A stretch of DNA of 64,000 bases, from NCBI GenBank assembly GCA_964422145.1, contig CAYQZV010000010.1:694-64693 (forward strand). Reading direction: 5' to 3'. The notes under the pieces are model-generated. The model saw only the letters and a program-made list of their open reading frames with translations. It made no database searches and was not told where the DNA came from. Of the stretch, positions 38,648 to 48,135 are shown piece by piece (position 1 is the first letter of the stretch; the number at the start of each line of letters is the position of its first letter). Position numbers and translations under genes: made by a program. Source of the stretch: an uncultured bacterium (GTDB lineage Bacteria > Fidelibacterota > Marinisomatia > Marinisomatales > JACNKV01).

Positions 38648-39079
38648 ATGAAAAAGACACAGTATTCTCGTCAGGATTTTGATTTTTGGTCTAAAGCTCG
38701 TACTCGATGGAATGATATGGATGGGCTTCGCCATATTAACCACGCCGCGTATTTAGCCTACATGGAAACAGCGCGCCTTGATCTCTATTATTCCCTCGGG
38801 CAGGATCTAGCCCGGTGGGATGCAGATATCAGCACCATCCTTGCGTCAGCAAACATAGATTATTTGGCACAAATTACTCACCCGACTGAGTTGGAAATTG
38901 GTCAGCGCGTCTCTCGAGTGGGTCATAAAAGTTTTGATCTGTTTACCGGTATTTTTGCCAAGGATAGTGACACGCCCATTGTCATTGCGACGTTTACGCT
39001 GGTTGCCTATAATTACAAGATAGCTCAGACAATCCCGGTTCCGGAGATGATACAAAAACACCACCGCCCGTTTACTTAA
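38648..39079 (+). CDS. Acyl-CoA thioesterase (4-HBT/FadM-like hotdog fold)
   Basis: RWNDMDGLRHINHAAYLAYMETAR; start at MKKTQY. Confidence 0.85.
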   Translation: MKKTQYSRQDFDFWSKARTRWNDMDGLRHINHAAYLAYMETARLDLYYSLGQDLARWDADISTILASANIDYLAQITHPTELEIGQRVSRVGHKSFDLFTGIFAKDSDTPIVIATFTLVAYNYKIAQTIPVPEMIQKHHRPFT

Positions 39080-39084
39080 CCGCC

Positions 39085-41856
39085 ATGCCGGACCTCATTT
39101 CAACAAATTGGATCGATCGGATCTCCTATGCGAGAGATGCATCGATCTATCGGCTAATTCCAGCAGGGATAGCTCGGCCGAAAAATGAAAAAGAGGTCAT
39201 TGAACTATTTCGGTATATCCGCAGGGAAGATACATCCGTCACCTTCCGTACCGCAGGAACATCCTTATCCGGGCAATCGGTTACAAACGGAATTGTTGCT
39301 GAATCTGTTCGGGATTGGAAGAAGATTGCCATCCTGAATAGCGGGATGTATATACAGCTTGAACCCGGTGTAATCGGCGAAACCGCCAATCGATTCTTAG
39401 CACCGTATCAGCGCAAAATCGGACCGGATCCAGCTTCCATAAAAGCAGCAATGATAGGAGGAATTGTAGCCAATAATGCGTCCGGGATGTGCTGCGGAAC
39501 GGAACATAATTCCTACCACACACTGAAATATATCAGGTTCATTTTACCGAACGGAAACACATATGACACCTCAAATCGTAATGATTATGATCGATTTTCT
39601 ACAAATGAAAAAACACTTTCAGATGGATTGATCAGCTTAAAAAGCAAGATTGAATCGGATGAAAATATTGTTCATAAGATACGGCATAAATATCGAATAA
39701 AGAACACGATAGGCTATACACTTAAAGCACTACTTGATTATGATCATCCGTTAGATATCTTTGCTCATCTTTTAATTGGCTCCGAAGGAACGCTGGCATT
39801 TATATCTAATGTGACATTGAAAACCGTTCCTGATCCACCGAATAAAACGACTGGATTGATTTTATTTGATTCAGCACAGAAAGCCTGTGATTTTATTCCG
39901 GTTCTGAAAACACATGAAGCTGATGCGGTTGAGTTGATGGATTATGCTTCCTTATCTACAGCCGCCTATCTTAAAGAATCGCCGTATGATGTGAATCAGT
40001 TGTCAAAAGGATCGGTTGCGCTGCTAACTGAATTCCAGCGAAATGACGATGAGCAAATCCAACAGATCATGTCTGATTTACATCGAGATATCAACGATGC
40101 CGGCAGTATAACGGCAGGCGGGTTCCAAACGAATAGGGCGACACAGCAAAAACTATGGGATATTAGAAAAGGTTTATATCCGACAGTCGGATCGCTTAGA
40201 AAGATCGGAACGAGTGTAATCACCGAAGATCTATGTTTTGATGTCCCTCACTTATCCGGTGCGATCTACGATTTACAGGATTTATTTAAAAAATGGGCGT
40301 TTAATGACAGCGTGATTTTTGGCCATGCCAAAGACGGAAATCTGCATTTTGTTACATCCGTTGACCTGGAATCATCCGATGGGAAAGATCGGTATGACGG
40401 AATGATGAATGATATCGTTGAAATGACCATCGGCAAATATGATGGATCACTGAAGGCGGAACACGGCACAGGGCGGAATATGGCACCTTTCGTCGAAATG
40501 GAATGGGGACCGGAATTGACCGAAATCATGTGGTCAATCAAATCGTTGGCTGATCCGGAGCATCGATTGAATCCCGGTGTGCTTTTAACCAAGGATAAAG
40601 AGACGCATACCAAAAATCTGAAAACGATTCCGAAAGTTAATGATATCATTGATTTATGTGTCGAGTGCGGGTTTTGCGAAAAGGTTTGTCCGTCCAAAGA
40701 ATTGACGTTGACTCCGCGTCAGCGGATCATCCTTGCACGTGAAAACGCAAACGGTGTTATTCCACAGAAATTGATGAAAACCTTGGAGTATTGCACGGAG
40801 GAGACATGCGCAGCTGACGGGATGTGCGAAACAGTTTGTCCGGTTAATATTGATACCGGGCTATACATTAAAACATGCCGGCAAGATCGTACGACTGCAT
40901 TTTCGCGCACTATTGCAAATTGGACGGGAAACCATTATCGTTTTTCGCAAGCAATCTTAAGATCAATTTTGACAGTTATGCGACTGAAAACGACGGTATT
41001 CGGTCATCAAATTTTAATCCGTTTAAGTTCGTTTTTCAATAAACTGACTTCACGATCAACCCCGATATGGAATCGGCATATACCGGGTCCTTCACCGAAA
41101 AGAATAAAACAAACCGACGCTAAAAACGCTGATTACATCTATTTTACGACCTGTATCAATCGAATCTATTCTGCCGGAAAAACTCCGATAAACCTGGCTG
41201 ACGTGATCATTGATATTTCAAAACACGTTGGTATTTCAATTCATATTCCGGAAACAATTTCAGATTATTGCTGCGGAATGCCGTACACATCCAAAGGATA
41301 TCGCGATACCGGAACGAACATGATCGAAAAGACGATTCACCTTTTATATCAATCATCTGACAGTGGGAGAATCCCGATTTTGATTGATACTTCTGCATGT
41401 GCATATCAGTTGATCCAGTCTGGCAATTATCTGTCCGGAGAAATTTTAAATAAATATAAAAAACTGACGTTCGTCGATATCATCCCGTTTTTGATGAAGT
41501 GTGTTGGAGAACAACCCAAGCAAAAACTTGACCGAACCGTCATTTTGCATCCAACCTGTTCAACAAAAAAAATGACATTGGATGCAGACATGAAACGTTT
41601 AGCCAAAATCTGCGTTAACAAAGTGATCATCCCTGAAGAAAACGAATGCTGTGGCTTTGCTGGAGATCGAGGATTGTTGTTCCCGGAATTAATTCGTGAA
41701 GCTGCAAAAAGGGAAGCAGCATCATTGGAAAAGGTTGATCCAAACGCGATAGGATATTCAACCAGCCGAACCTGTGAGATCGGCATGATGAGTGCAACAG
41801 ACCGACCCTATGAATCCATCGCCATTTTGGTGAGGGAATATCTTTCACAGAATTGA
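39085..41856 (+). CDS. FAD-binding Fe-S oxidoreductase (Dld-II-type D-lactate dehydrogenase-like)
   Basis: GTSLSGQ, GPDPAS, NNASGMCCG, GSEGTLAF, GHAKDGNLH, SLKAEHGTGR; CVECGFCEKVCP and CAADGMCETVCP; CCG domains. Confidence 0.88.
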   Translation: MPDLISTNWIDRISYARDASIYRLIPAGIARPKNEKEVIELFRYIRREDTSVTFRTAGTSLSGQSVTNGIVAESVRDWKKIAILNSGMYIQLEPGVIGETANRFLAPYQRKIGPDPASIKAAMIGGIVANNASGMCCGTEHNSYHTLKYIRFILPNGNTYDTSNRNDYDRFSTNEKTLSDGLISLKSKIESDENIVHKIRHKYRIKNTIGYTLKALLDYDHPLDIFAHLLIGSEGTLAFISNVTLKTVPDPPNKTTGLILFDSAQKACDFIPVLKTHEADAVELMDYASLSTAAYLKESPYDVNQLSKGSVALLTEFQRNDDEQIQQIMSDLHRDINDAGSITAGGFQTNRATQQKLWDIRKGLYPTVGSLRKIGTSVITEDLCFDVPHLSGAIYDLQDLFKKWAFNDSVIFGHAKDGNLHFVTSVDLESSDGKDRYDGMMNDIVEMTIGKYDGSLKAEHGTGRNMAPFVEMEWGPELTEIMWSIKSLADPEHRLNPGVLLTKDKETHTKNLKTIPKVNDIIDLCVECGFCEKVCPSKELTLTPRQRIILARENANGVIPQKLMKTLEYCTEETCAADGMCETVCPVNIDTGLYIKTCRQDRTTAFSRTIANWTGNHYRFSQAILRSILTVMRLKTTVFGHQILIRLSSFFNKLTSRSTPIWNRHIPGPSPKRIKQTDAKNADYIYFTTCINRIYSAGKTPINLADVIIDISKHVGISIHIPETISDYCCGMPYTSKGYRDTGTNMIEKTIHLLYQSSDSGRIPILIDTSACAYQLIQSGNYLSGEILNKYKKLTFVDIIPFLMKCVGEQPKQKLDRTVILHPTCSTKKMTLDADMKRLAKICVNKVIIPEENECCGFAGDRGLLFPELIREAAKREAASLEKVDPNAIGYSTSRTCEIGMMSATDRPYESIAILVREYLSQN

Positions 41857-41927
41857 ACTGCAATCAATGCGAAACTTTGTTAAATTAAACAGAACGAAAT
41901 CGGTGTTTTAACAAAAAGGAGTCCATC

Positions 41928-44180
41928 ATGAAACATAAATTATTCACCCTTTATTTGACCACCGCCCTTACTTTATTTGTCCAGGCAGGGTACGGAAACG
42001 CCATTGCACATGTGATGAAATCCGATGGAGATGTCTTACTAAAACGAATGGGAACCGAGTCATACAGTGAGGCGGTGACTCCCGGTACAGCAATTAATGA
42101 CGGGGATGCCATTCAAGTTGGACCGGGAAGTTTTGCAACGATTATTTACATAGATGATAGGTCAGTCATTAAAGTTAAAGAGAAAACACAATTCCATTTT
42201 ATTGATACACAGAATACACGAACGTTGAAATTAGAAATCGGTACGCTGCTCAATGACGTTAAGAAAAATCCGCAGGGCAGAACTTTCCGGATTGAGACTG
42301 CAACGTCGGTGGCTTCCGTCAAGGGGACACAGTTTTCTGCCGTTGTTGATCCATCTGGGATTGACCAATTTTACGGATTAGAAGGACAAGTTGAAATTTT
42401 TAATATGATCAGCGGTCAGCTCGCGACCTTACTCCCGGGTCAGAAAGTTATTTCTAACGCGATGGGAAATTTGATGACAGCCCCAGCTGGTCCGAATGAA
42501 TATCCGGAGGATCCTGATCCGTCTGAAGAGGTTGAACCTGAAGCCGAACCTGAACCAGAAGCCGAAGAGCTGGAAGAAGAACAGCCTGCAAACGAACCGG
42601 CTGATGAACCCGTTGAAACGCCTGAGAGTATCGGAGAAACTCCCATGAATGAAGCGGAAACACCCGGACAAACCGAATCCCCTGTAATGGAAGGAACGGA
42701 CAGTCCTGCTGAAGAACCGCAAAGCCAATCCCAGAAACCATACGGTATAGGATTAGGGATCGGATCTGCGACGATAAACGGAACGTTATACAATCAGTTG
42801 GCGTTTCGTCCTGAACTCACATTCGGTAAATTAGGATTGGGGTTAGACCTTGTCTTTTACATCGATAATGAAGGAAACTTTTGGAACGGTCCATGGAATT
42901 TTAAAGATGAACCCGGACTGATCTTAGACAAAATTCTCTTCATCCGATGGGGAGAAAAAACCGACCCATTCTGGTTTAAATGGGGCTCACTCGAAAATGT
43001 AGTATTGGGTTACGGCGGATTGGTGAGCGGATACTCGAACATGATGGAATTTCCGTCAGTACGCCGAGTCGGAGTGAACGGCGGATTTAATGTCGGACCG
43101 TTCGGTGGTGAAGTCTTCTTTGCTAATATCAAGGATTTAAGCCGCGGCGGTACATTATTGGGGCTCCGTACAACGTATACAGTTTCGAAGTCATTCCCGC
43201 TTACCGTCGGTGTCAATTTCGTATCTGATATAAATCAATTCTCCGGATTGAAGGACAAGGATGGAGACAGCTATCCGGATATTTTTGATGACTTCCCGGA
43301 TGATAAAACCATTTGGAATGACACCGATAATGATGGAACTCCGGATCCTCATGACGGAATTGATTCATTATTGTGGGATATCGATGCAGACGGAGATAAT
43401 GTCTATGATAAGGATGATGACGAAATCGTCTTGAAAGCAACACCGTTTAGTATCAAAGAGAATCAAGGTTCTGCCACCGGATTTGCCATCGATATTGGAT
43501 ATCCGGTATTCTCCGGAAAATTGTTCAGCTTAGCCGTCTTTTCAGAATACAATATGATGTCATTCCCTGAGGTTAAAGAGATAGGAAGACCTGAAAGATC
43601 AGGAAGCGGTATCACGGTTCCGGGAATTCGCGCATCCATCTTAAGGACATTCCATGTAAGTTTGGAATATCGGATCAAGCAAGAATACTTCGTTCCGCAG
43701 TTTTTTGATCAGGGATATGATCTGAATCGTGTTATTGCTGTATATGATTCGAGTTCTGCAAATGCACAAATATTCACTAAAGATATGCTGATGTTTGCCG
43801 ATTCTTCTTCGGTGGTCAACACAAGCGGAATATTTGGCTCGGCATCGATGTCTGTCTTTAGTCTTGTGGACTTTTCAGCAGCCTACGCAAACATGGTTGC
43901 AGATAGCGTAACGTATCAGAGTTTCTTTGCCCAGTTGAATCTGAATACGGAAAATATTCCAAAATTGAGTGTTGCATCAGCTTACTATCAAAGGAATAAT
44001 GATGAAAATCCGTTTGATTTTGCGAATCCGTCTGTGAATACTGTGCTTGGATATCGCGTCGGATATGAAATCAGTGACGGTGTCAGTTTGATCTGGGATT
44101 ACCAGCAATATTACCGCGACGTAGGGAATGGTTTAGAACCCGTGAAGCAAACCTCAATTGAGACAGCTTTCACATTTTGA
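41928..44180 (+). CDS. FecR-domain protein with acidic linker and probable C-terminal outer-membrane barrel
   Basis: Signal peptide; FecR motif FRIETATSVASVKGTQF; E/P-rich linker; amphipathic strands ending in F (TSIETAFTF). Confidence 0.65.
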   Translation: MKHKLFTLYLTTALTLFVQAGYGNAIAHVMKSDGDVLLKRMGTESYSEAVTPGTAINDGDAIQVGPGSFATIIYIDDRSVIKVKEKTQFHFIDTQNTRTLKLEIGTLLNDVKKNPQGRTFRIETATSVASVKGTQFSAVVDPSGIDQFYGLEGQVEIFNMISGQLATLLPGQKVISNAMGNLMTAPAGPNEYPEDPDPSEEVEPEAEPEPEAEELEEEQPANEPADEPVETPESIGETPMNEAETPGQTESPVMEGTDSPAEEPQSQSQKPYGIGLGIGSATINGTLYNQLAFRPELTFGKLGLGLDLVFYIDNEGNFWNGPWNFKDEPGLILDKILFIRWGEKTDPFWFKWGSLENVVLGYGGLVSGYSNMMEFPSVRRVGVNGGFNVGPFGGEVFFANIKDLSRGGTLLGLRTTYTVSKSFPLTVGVNFVSDINQFSGLKDKDGDSYPDIFDDFPDDKTIWNDTDNDGTPDPHDGIDSLLWDIDADGDNVYDKDDDEIVLKATPFSIKENQGSATGFAIDIGYPVFSGKLFSLAVFSEYNMMSFPEVKEIGRPERSGSGITVPGIRASILRTFHVSLEYRIKQEYFVPQFFDQGYDLNRVIAVYDSSSANAQIFTKDMLMFADSSSVVNTSGIFGSASMSVFSLVDFSAAYANMVADSVTYQSFFAQLNLNTENIPKLSVASAYYQRNNDENPFDFANPSVNTVLGYRVGYEISDGVSLIWDYQQYYRDVGNGLEPVKQTSIETAFTF

Positions 44181-44208
44181 TGAAATAAATAAGTAATATA
44201 GGAAAGAT

Positions 44209-44430
44209 ATGCGCATTACAATCGAATATTGCTCGATGTGAAATTATTTACCTCGAGCTGCCAGGATGGCAACTGATATACTGGAAAAATATGGTACAAA
44301 AATCAAGGAAATGACACTGATCCCGTCCGGGGGAGGTGTGTACGAAGTGACCATTAACGGAAAGTTAATTTATTCAAAAAAAGCCACAGGACAGTTTCCT
44401 GAATTAAACGATATTGTTGCTCACATCTAA
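44209..44430 (+). CDS. SelW/SelT/SelH (Rdx) family selenoprotein, CxxU motif (UGA = Sec at 44239-44241)
   Basis: Hand translation MRITIEYCSM-U-NYLPRAARMATDILEKYGTKIKEMTLIPSGGGVYEVTINGKLIYSKKATGQFPELNDIVAHI* (73 aa); AGGAAAG upstream; selA and selB are in the window. Confidence 0.9.
44256..44274 (+). promoter_or_regulatory. Candidate bacterial SECIS stem-loop
   Basis: AG-C-TGCCA-GGA-TGGCA-A-CT hairpin; G-containing apical loop 22 nt after the UGA. Confidence 0.6.
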
Positions 44431-45190
44431 TTATCCTAAAATCATACACACCGCACTCATTTGGCTGAGCATTGGATCTGCTCAGACGGGTGAGATCGTT
44501 TCGCTCAGTGAAAATGTCGGTACGGTAATTGATTTGGAAGAAAACTATTTCTATGGCGTCTTTCCGGATATTGATGGGTTTGAGAGTGCTCAGTTTTATG
44601 AAGTGAACCCAGACCTCTACATTGCCCGGGTCGTTGCCATGGATTATTCACGGCGGAAAGTGATTCAAAAAAAATACGATCTGCGCGGATTCTTTGACAT
44701 ACAGACTTATGTTGGTCAGCAACCGATGATCACCGAAGAAGATCGAGCTAATGCAGGGATCGATATTTCCTTTCTGCATGGCGATAAAATATTGAGCGAG
44801 ATTGAAACCGGGACGAAAGTAACCATTAGACGAAAAAAAGGGTTGTGGATATCAGGATCGTTACTATTTTATGAAGATCATATACTGCATTTGAAAACAC
44901 TTTGGGGAAAGCGGACTGTCCCGATTTATGATATTAAACGTATCGCTTATCGTGAATCTGTTATTGATCGAACATCCTGGAAACCCTACATATACGGTGT
45001 CACAGCCGCTCTGGGTGTATCAGCGGCGGAAGCCTGGACACAAAGCCGTGATCATCGTACGGAGATTGTTTGGTTTCATCGATCTGTAGGTGTGGTTGGC
45101 GGATTATTCTTTGCACCACAATTATATAGGAAAATAAATGTAATTTTTACCCCGAAAAAAAGTTATACATTAGCGGTTACCAAACATTAA
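44414..45190 (+). CDS. Hypothetical exported/membrane protein
   Basis: 258-aa ORF with a signal-like N-terminus and two C-terminal hydrophobic Gly-rich segments; start uncertain. Confidence 0.6.
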   Translation: MLLTSNYPKIIHTALIWLSIGSAQTGEIVSLSENVGTVIDLEENYFYGVFPDIDGFESAQFYEVNPDLYIARVVAMDYSRRKVIQKKYDLRGFFDIQTYVGQQPMITEEDRANAGIDISFLHGDKILSEIETGTKVTIRRKKGLWISGSLLFYEDHILHLKTLWGKRTVPIYDIKRIAYRESVIDRTSWKPYIYGVTAALGVSAAEAWTQSRDHRTEIVWFHRSVGVVGGLFFAPQLYRKINVIFTPKKSYTLAVTKH

Positions 45191-45202
45191 TATGAGGGAA
45201 TC

Positions 45203-45607
45203 ATGATGATAGAGAAAAAAAATAATGGGACGGACCCATATAAAGATTATTTAAAAGAAAAATTTGACTCTTTGCTTGAGAAAGTCGGAGATGGTTATGG
45301 TCCATCCCTGCAGGAAGAACTGATCAGACGATTAGAATTAACCATTGATCATTTCCATTCTGAAGTCACCGAATTAATTCAGACGTTGAAAGCGCAATCT
45401 GAAGCGCGGGAAACCTCATTAAAAAAATTGCTTGAACAGGATACAGCGAGTCCTGTAATAACGGAAGCTGAGGAACCCTCCGTCGAGGTGAGTGACTGGG
45501 AGAAGCGGTTAGAAGATAGAGAAAAAAAGAAGACCAAAACAGGCCCTCCAACAATCAAAAGCACTGAAAAGCCGAAGAAAGGGTTGTTTGGTCGTAAGAA
45601 ATCGTGA
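45203..45607 (+). CDS. Hypothetical coiled-coil protein
   Basis: GAGGGA RBS; charged helical sequence; basic C-terminus KKGLFGRKKS. Confidence 0.65.
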   Translation: MMIEKKNNGTDPYKDYLKEKFDSLLEKVGDGYGPSLQEELIRRLELTIDHFHSEVTELIQTLKAQSEARETSLKKLLEQDTASPVITEAEEPSVEVSDWEKRLEDREKKKTKTGPPTIKSTEKPKKGLFGRKKS

Positions 45608-45993
45608 AAAAACATCTGTGGATAAGACGGCCAATTTACCGTTTCCTTTTATGCTTTGTCTTTGTGCAGATTGTGTATCCTCAAGTTCATTCTCACTTTA
45701 CAGAGCATAGTACATTTAAAAAACGTGTTTATCACTTCACTAAAGTAGAATTCATTACGGAAGAAGGTGAATTTAATGAAGCGATTTGCACCCTGCCAAT
45801 TCAGGATTTAAAAGAAGATAATCCCCCGTATGTGGCGATTTATTATAAACGTGAAAATTCTGAATGGTTTACAGAATCACTATATCGAAAACGAGTACGG
45901 TTTAGCTTTCGGGACGGCGTTCTGAGATTAGACCGAACAAATTTTTGGGATTGGTTTGAGTTAGAAGAAATCAAGGTTGTCGTCATCTATTAA
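45604..45993 (+). CDS. Hypothetical exported protein
   Basis: GTGA overlap with the previous gene; signal-peptide-like N-terminus. Confidence 0.55.
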   Translation: MKKHLWIRRPIYRFLLCFVFVQIVYPQVHSHFTEHSTFKKRVYHFTKVEFITEEGEFNEAICTLPIQDLKEDNPPYVAIYYKRENSEWFTESLYRKRVRFSFRDGVLRLDRTNFWDWFELEEIKVVVIY

Positions 45994-46006
45994 CCAAAAT
46001 TAGGCA

Positions 46007-48103
46007 ATGATTATGAAACAATTAATTTTAATACCGATTTTATTCGTCTCCACTTTTTCACAAAACTTAGAGCATGAAGAAGCAACGTGCTCAAGACTGA
46101 AGATGATGAGAACGATGATTGAGAATCCAAGAGAAGCGACTCGAAATCAACTGGCTTATGATGTTTTGTTTTATGATTTAGATTTAACCTTAGATCCTGC
46201 CACAGAAACAGTGGCAGGTACGGTCGGCGTAAGGCTTCAATCAGTAGTCAATGGATTATCAGTTGTTGAGTTGGATTTGTATCAAGGATTGAATGTCAGT
46301 GCAGTGACCTACGGATCCGGAATCAACTTAGACTTTACACATTCAGCTCAAAATCTTTTATCGGTTACATTACCAACTACGTTGAATACAGACGACACTC
46401 AAGAATTTACGGTGCACTATTCAGGTAATCCGGGAAGTTCCGGTTTTGGATCATTTGGATTTGACAGTTATGCTGGCCAAGACATGATTTGGAGTTTAAG
46501 CGAACCGTACGGTTCCCGCAATTGGTGGCCGTGTAAAGATACACCAATGGATAAAGCAGATTCAGTCGATATCTCGATTACCGTTCCAGAAAACCTTATT
46601 GTGGCATCAAACGGTTTACTCGTCGATGAAATCACCGAAGACGGGTGGACAACCTTTCACTGGGAAGAACGATATCCGATTGCAACTTATTTAGTATCGG
46701 TTGCGATTTATCCGTACTCCATTTATCATGATTGGTATGTATACGGAGAGAATGACTCGATGCGGTTGGATTACTATGTGTTTAGTTCTCTCCCTTCAAA
46801 TTATGCACTGACGGATGATATGCTAGCAGCGTTTTCCGAACGATTTGGGCTGTACCCATTTATTGATGAAAAATACGGTCACGCGGATTTTGTCTGGGGC
46901 GGCGGGATGGAGCACCAAACAATATCTAGCATGGGTGGTTCGTCTCAACATTTGATATCACATGAATTAGCTCATCAATGGTGGGGTGATATGGTCACGT
47001 GTAAAAACTTTCATCATATTTGGGTGAATGAAGGATTCGCTACATATAGCCAGGCAATGTGGTGGGAAATGCGTCCGGGCGGAGGAATGGATGCACTGCA
47101 CAGCAATATGGCTGGAAAATCGTATTGGGGACCCGGAACGATATATGTAACAGATACAACCAGCGTATCCACGATCTTTAACGGAAACTTATCCTACAAT
47201 AAAGCGTCATGGGTTCTGCATATGCTGCGGCATATTGTGGGTGATGATACATTTTTCGAAGGACTACGAGTTTTTGGTGATGCCTACCGTTTTGATTCGG
47301 CAACAACAGAACAATTTAGAGATGTGATGGAATCAGTCTCCAGCATGGATCTTGATGCATACTTTGAGCGATGGATTTATGGCCAATTCTACCCGGAATA
47401 TCGATCGACAACCCTTTGGGGAGATGCAGGAGATAATACCAGTATTGTTCAAGTGACAATCCATCAGGATCAAACCAGCGATCTTTTTCAAATGCCTGTG
47501 GATGTGCAAATTCAAACAACAGCAGGGTCGTACATGTTTGTTGCAAATGTGATGGAACAGAGTCAAGTATTTGAATATACCGTTCCTGGACTTCTCACAA
47601 GCGTCAATCTTGATCCTGATCATTGGATTTTACGGCAAGTTCAGGACGTAACGCCTGTTCAGGTTCCAACAATGAGTTACAATGAAGGATGGAATCTCGT
47701 CAGTCTTCCGACGGATGAAGAAAATATAGACTATCATTCGGTGTTCCCTGAAGCCGTTGAAGGAACTTTTTATCAGTTCAGCAGCGGAGTTTATATCGGT
47801 GCTGATGTGTTTCAATCCGGTGTGGGATACTGGATCCGGAATACAGATAGCGGGGCAGTATTAGTGGATCAGAATCAAATAAATTCCTTAACCTATGAAT
47901 TACAGGAGGGATGGAATCTGATAGGCAGTATAGCAACTGAGATTCCGATCACGATGATTTACGATCCTGATAACGTTGTAGTTATGAGTTCGATTTATAC
48001 TTACGATGCGAGTTATCAATCGGTTGACTTACTACAGCCGTGCAAAGCATATTGGGTCAGAGCCAATACCTCCGGAACGATTTCAATTATTTTGACGCCA
48101 TAG
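46007..48103 (+). CDS. M1 family metalloaminopeptidase, secreted
   Basis: GGMEH exopeptidase motif; HELAHQWWG...NEGFATY zinc motif; YNKASWVLHMLR; C-terminal duplicated GWNL(V/I) module. Confidence 0.9.
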   Translation: MIMKQLILIPILFVSTFSQNLEHEEATCSRLKMMRTMIENPREATRNQLAYDVLFYDLDLTLDPATETVAGTVGVRLQSVVNGLSVVELDLYQGLNVSAVTYGSGINLDFTHSAQNLLSVTLPTTLNTDDTQEFTVHYSGNPGSSGFGSFGFDSYAGQDMIWSLSEPYGSRNWWPCKDTPMDKADSVDISITVPENLIVASNGLLVDEITEDGWTTFHWEERYPIATYLVSVAIYPYSIYHDWYVYGENDSMRLDYYVFSSLPSNYALTDDMLAAFSERFGLYPFIDEKYGHADFVWGGGMEHQTISSMGGSSQHLISHELAHQWWGDMVTCKNFHHIWVNEGFATYSQAMWWEMRPGGGMDALHSNMAGKSYWGPGTIYVTDTTSVSTIFNGNLSYNKASWVLHMLRHIVGDDTFFEGLRVFGDAYRFDSATTEQFRDVMESVSSMDLDAYFERWIYGQFYPEYRSTTLWGDAGDNTSIVQVTIHQDQTSDLFQMPVDVQIQTTAGSYMFVANVMEQSQVFEYTVPGLLTSVNLDPDHWILRQVQDVTPVQVPTMSYNEGWNLVSLPTDEENIDYHSVFPEAVEGTFYQFSSGVYIGADVFQSGVGYWIRNTDSGAVLVDQNQINSLTYELQEGWNLIGSIATEIPITMIYDPDNVVVMSSIYTYDASYQSVDLLQPCKAYWVRANTSGTISIILTP

Positions 48104-48135
48104 GACACGTAATCTTGTTGTTTGATAAACAGAGA

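Noticed and set aside
42490..42735. GAACCTGAAGCC-like short repeats as a CRISPR array or VNTR
   Set aside because: They are imperfect codon-level repeats encoding the E/P-rich linker; no constant repeat-spacer period and no cas genes.
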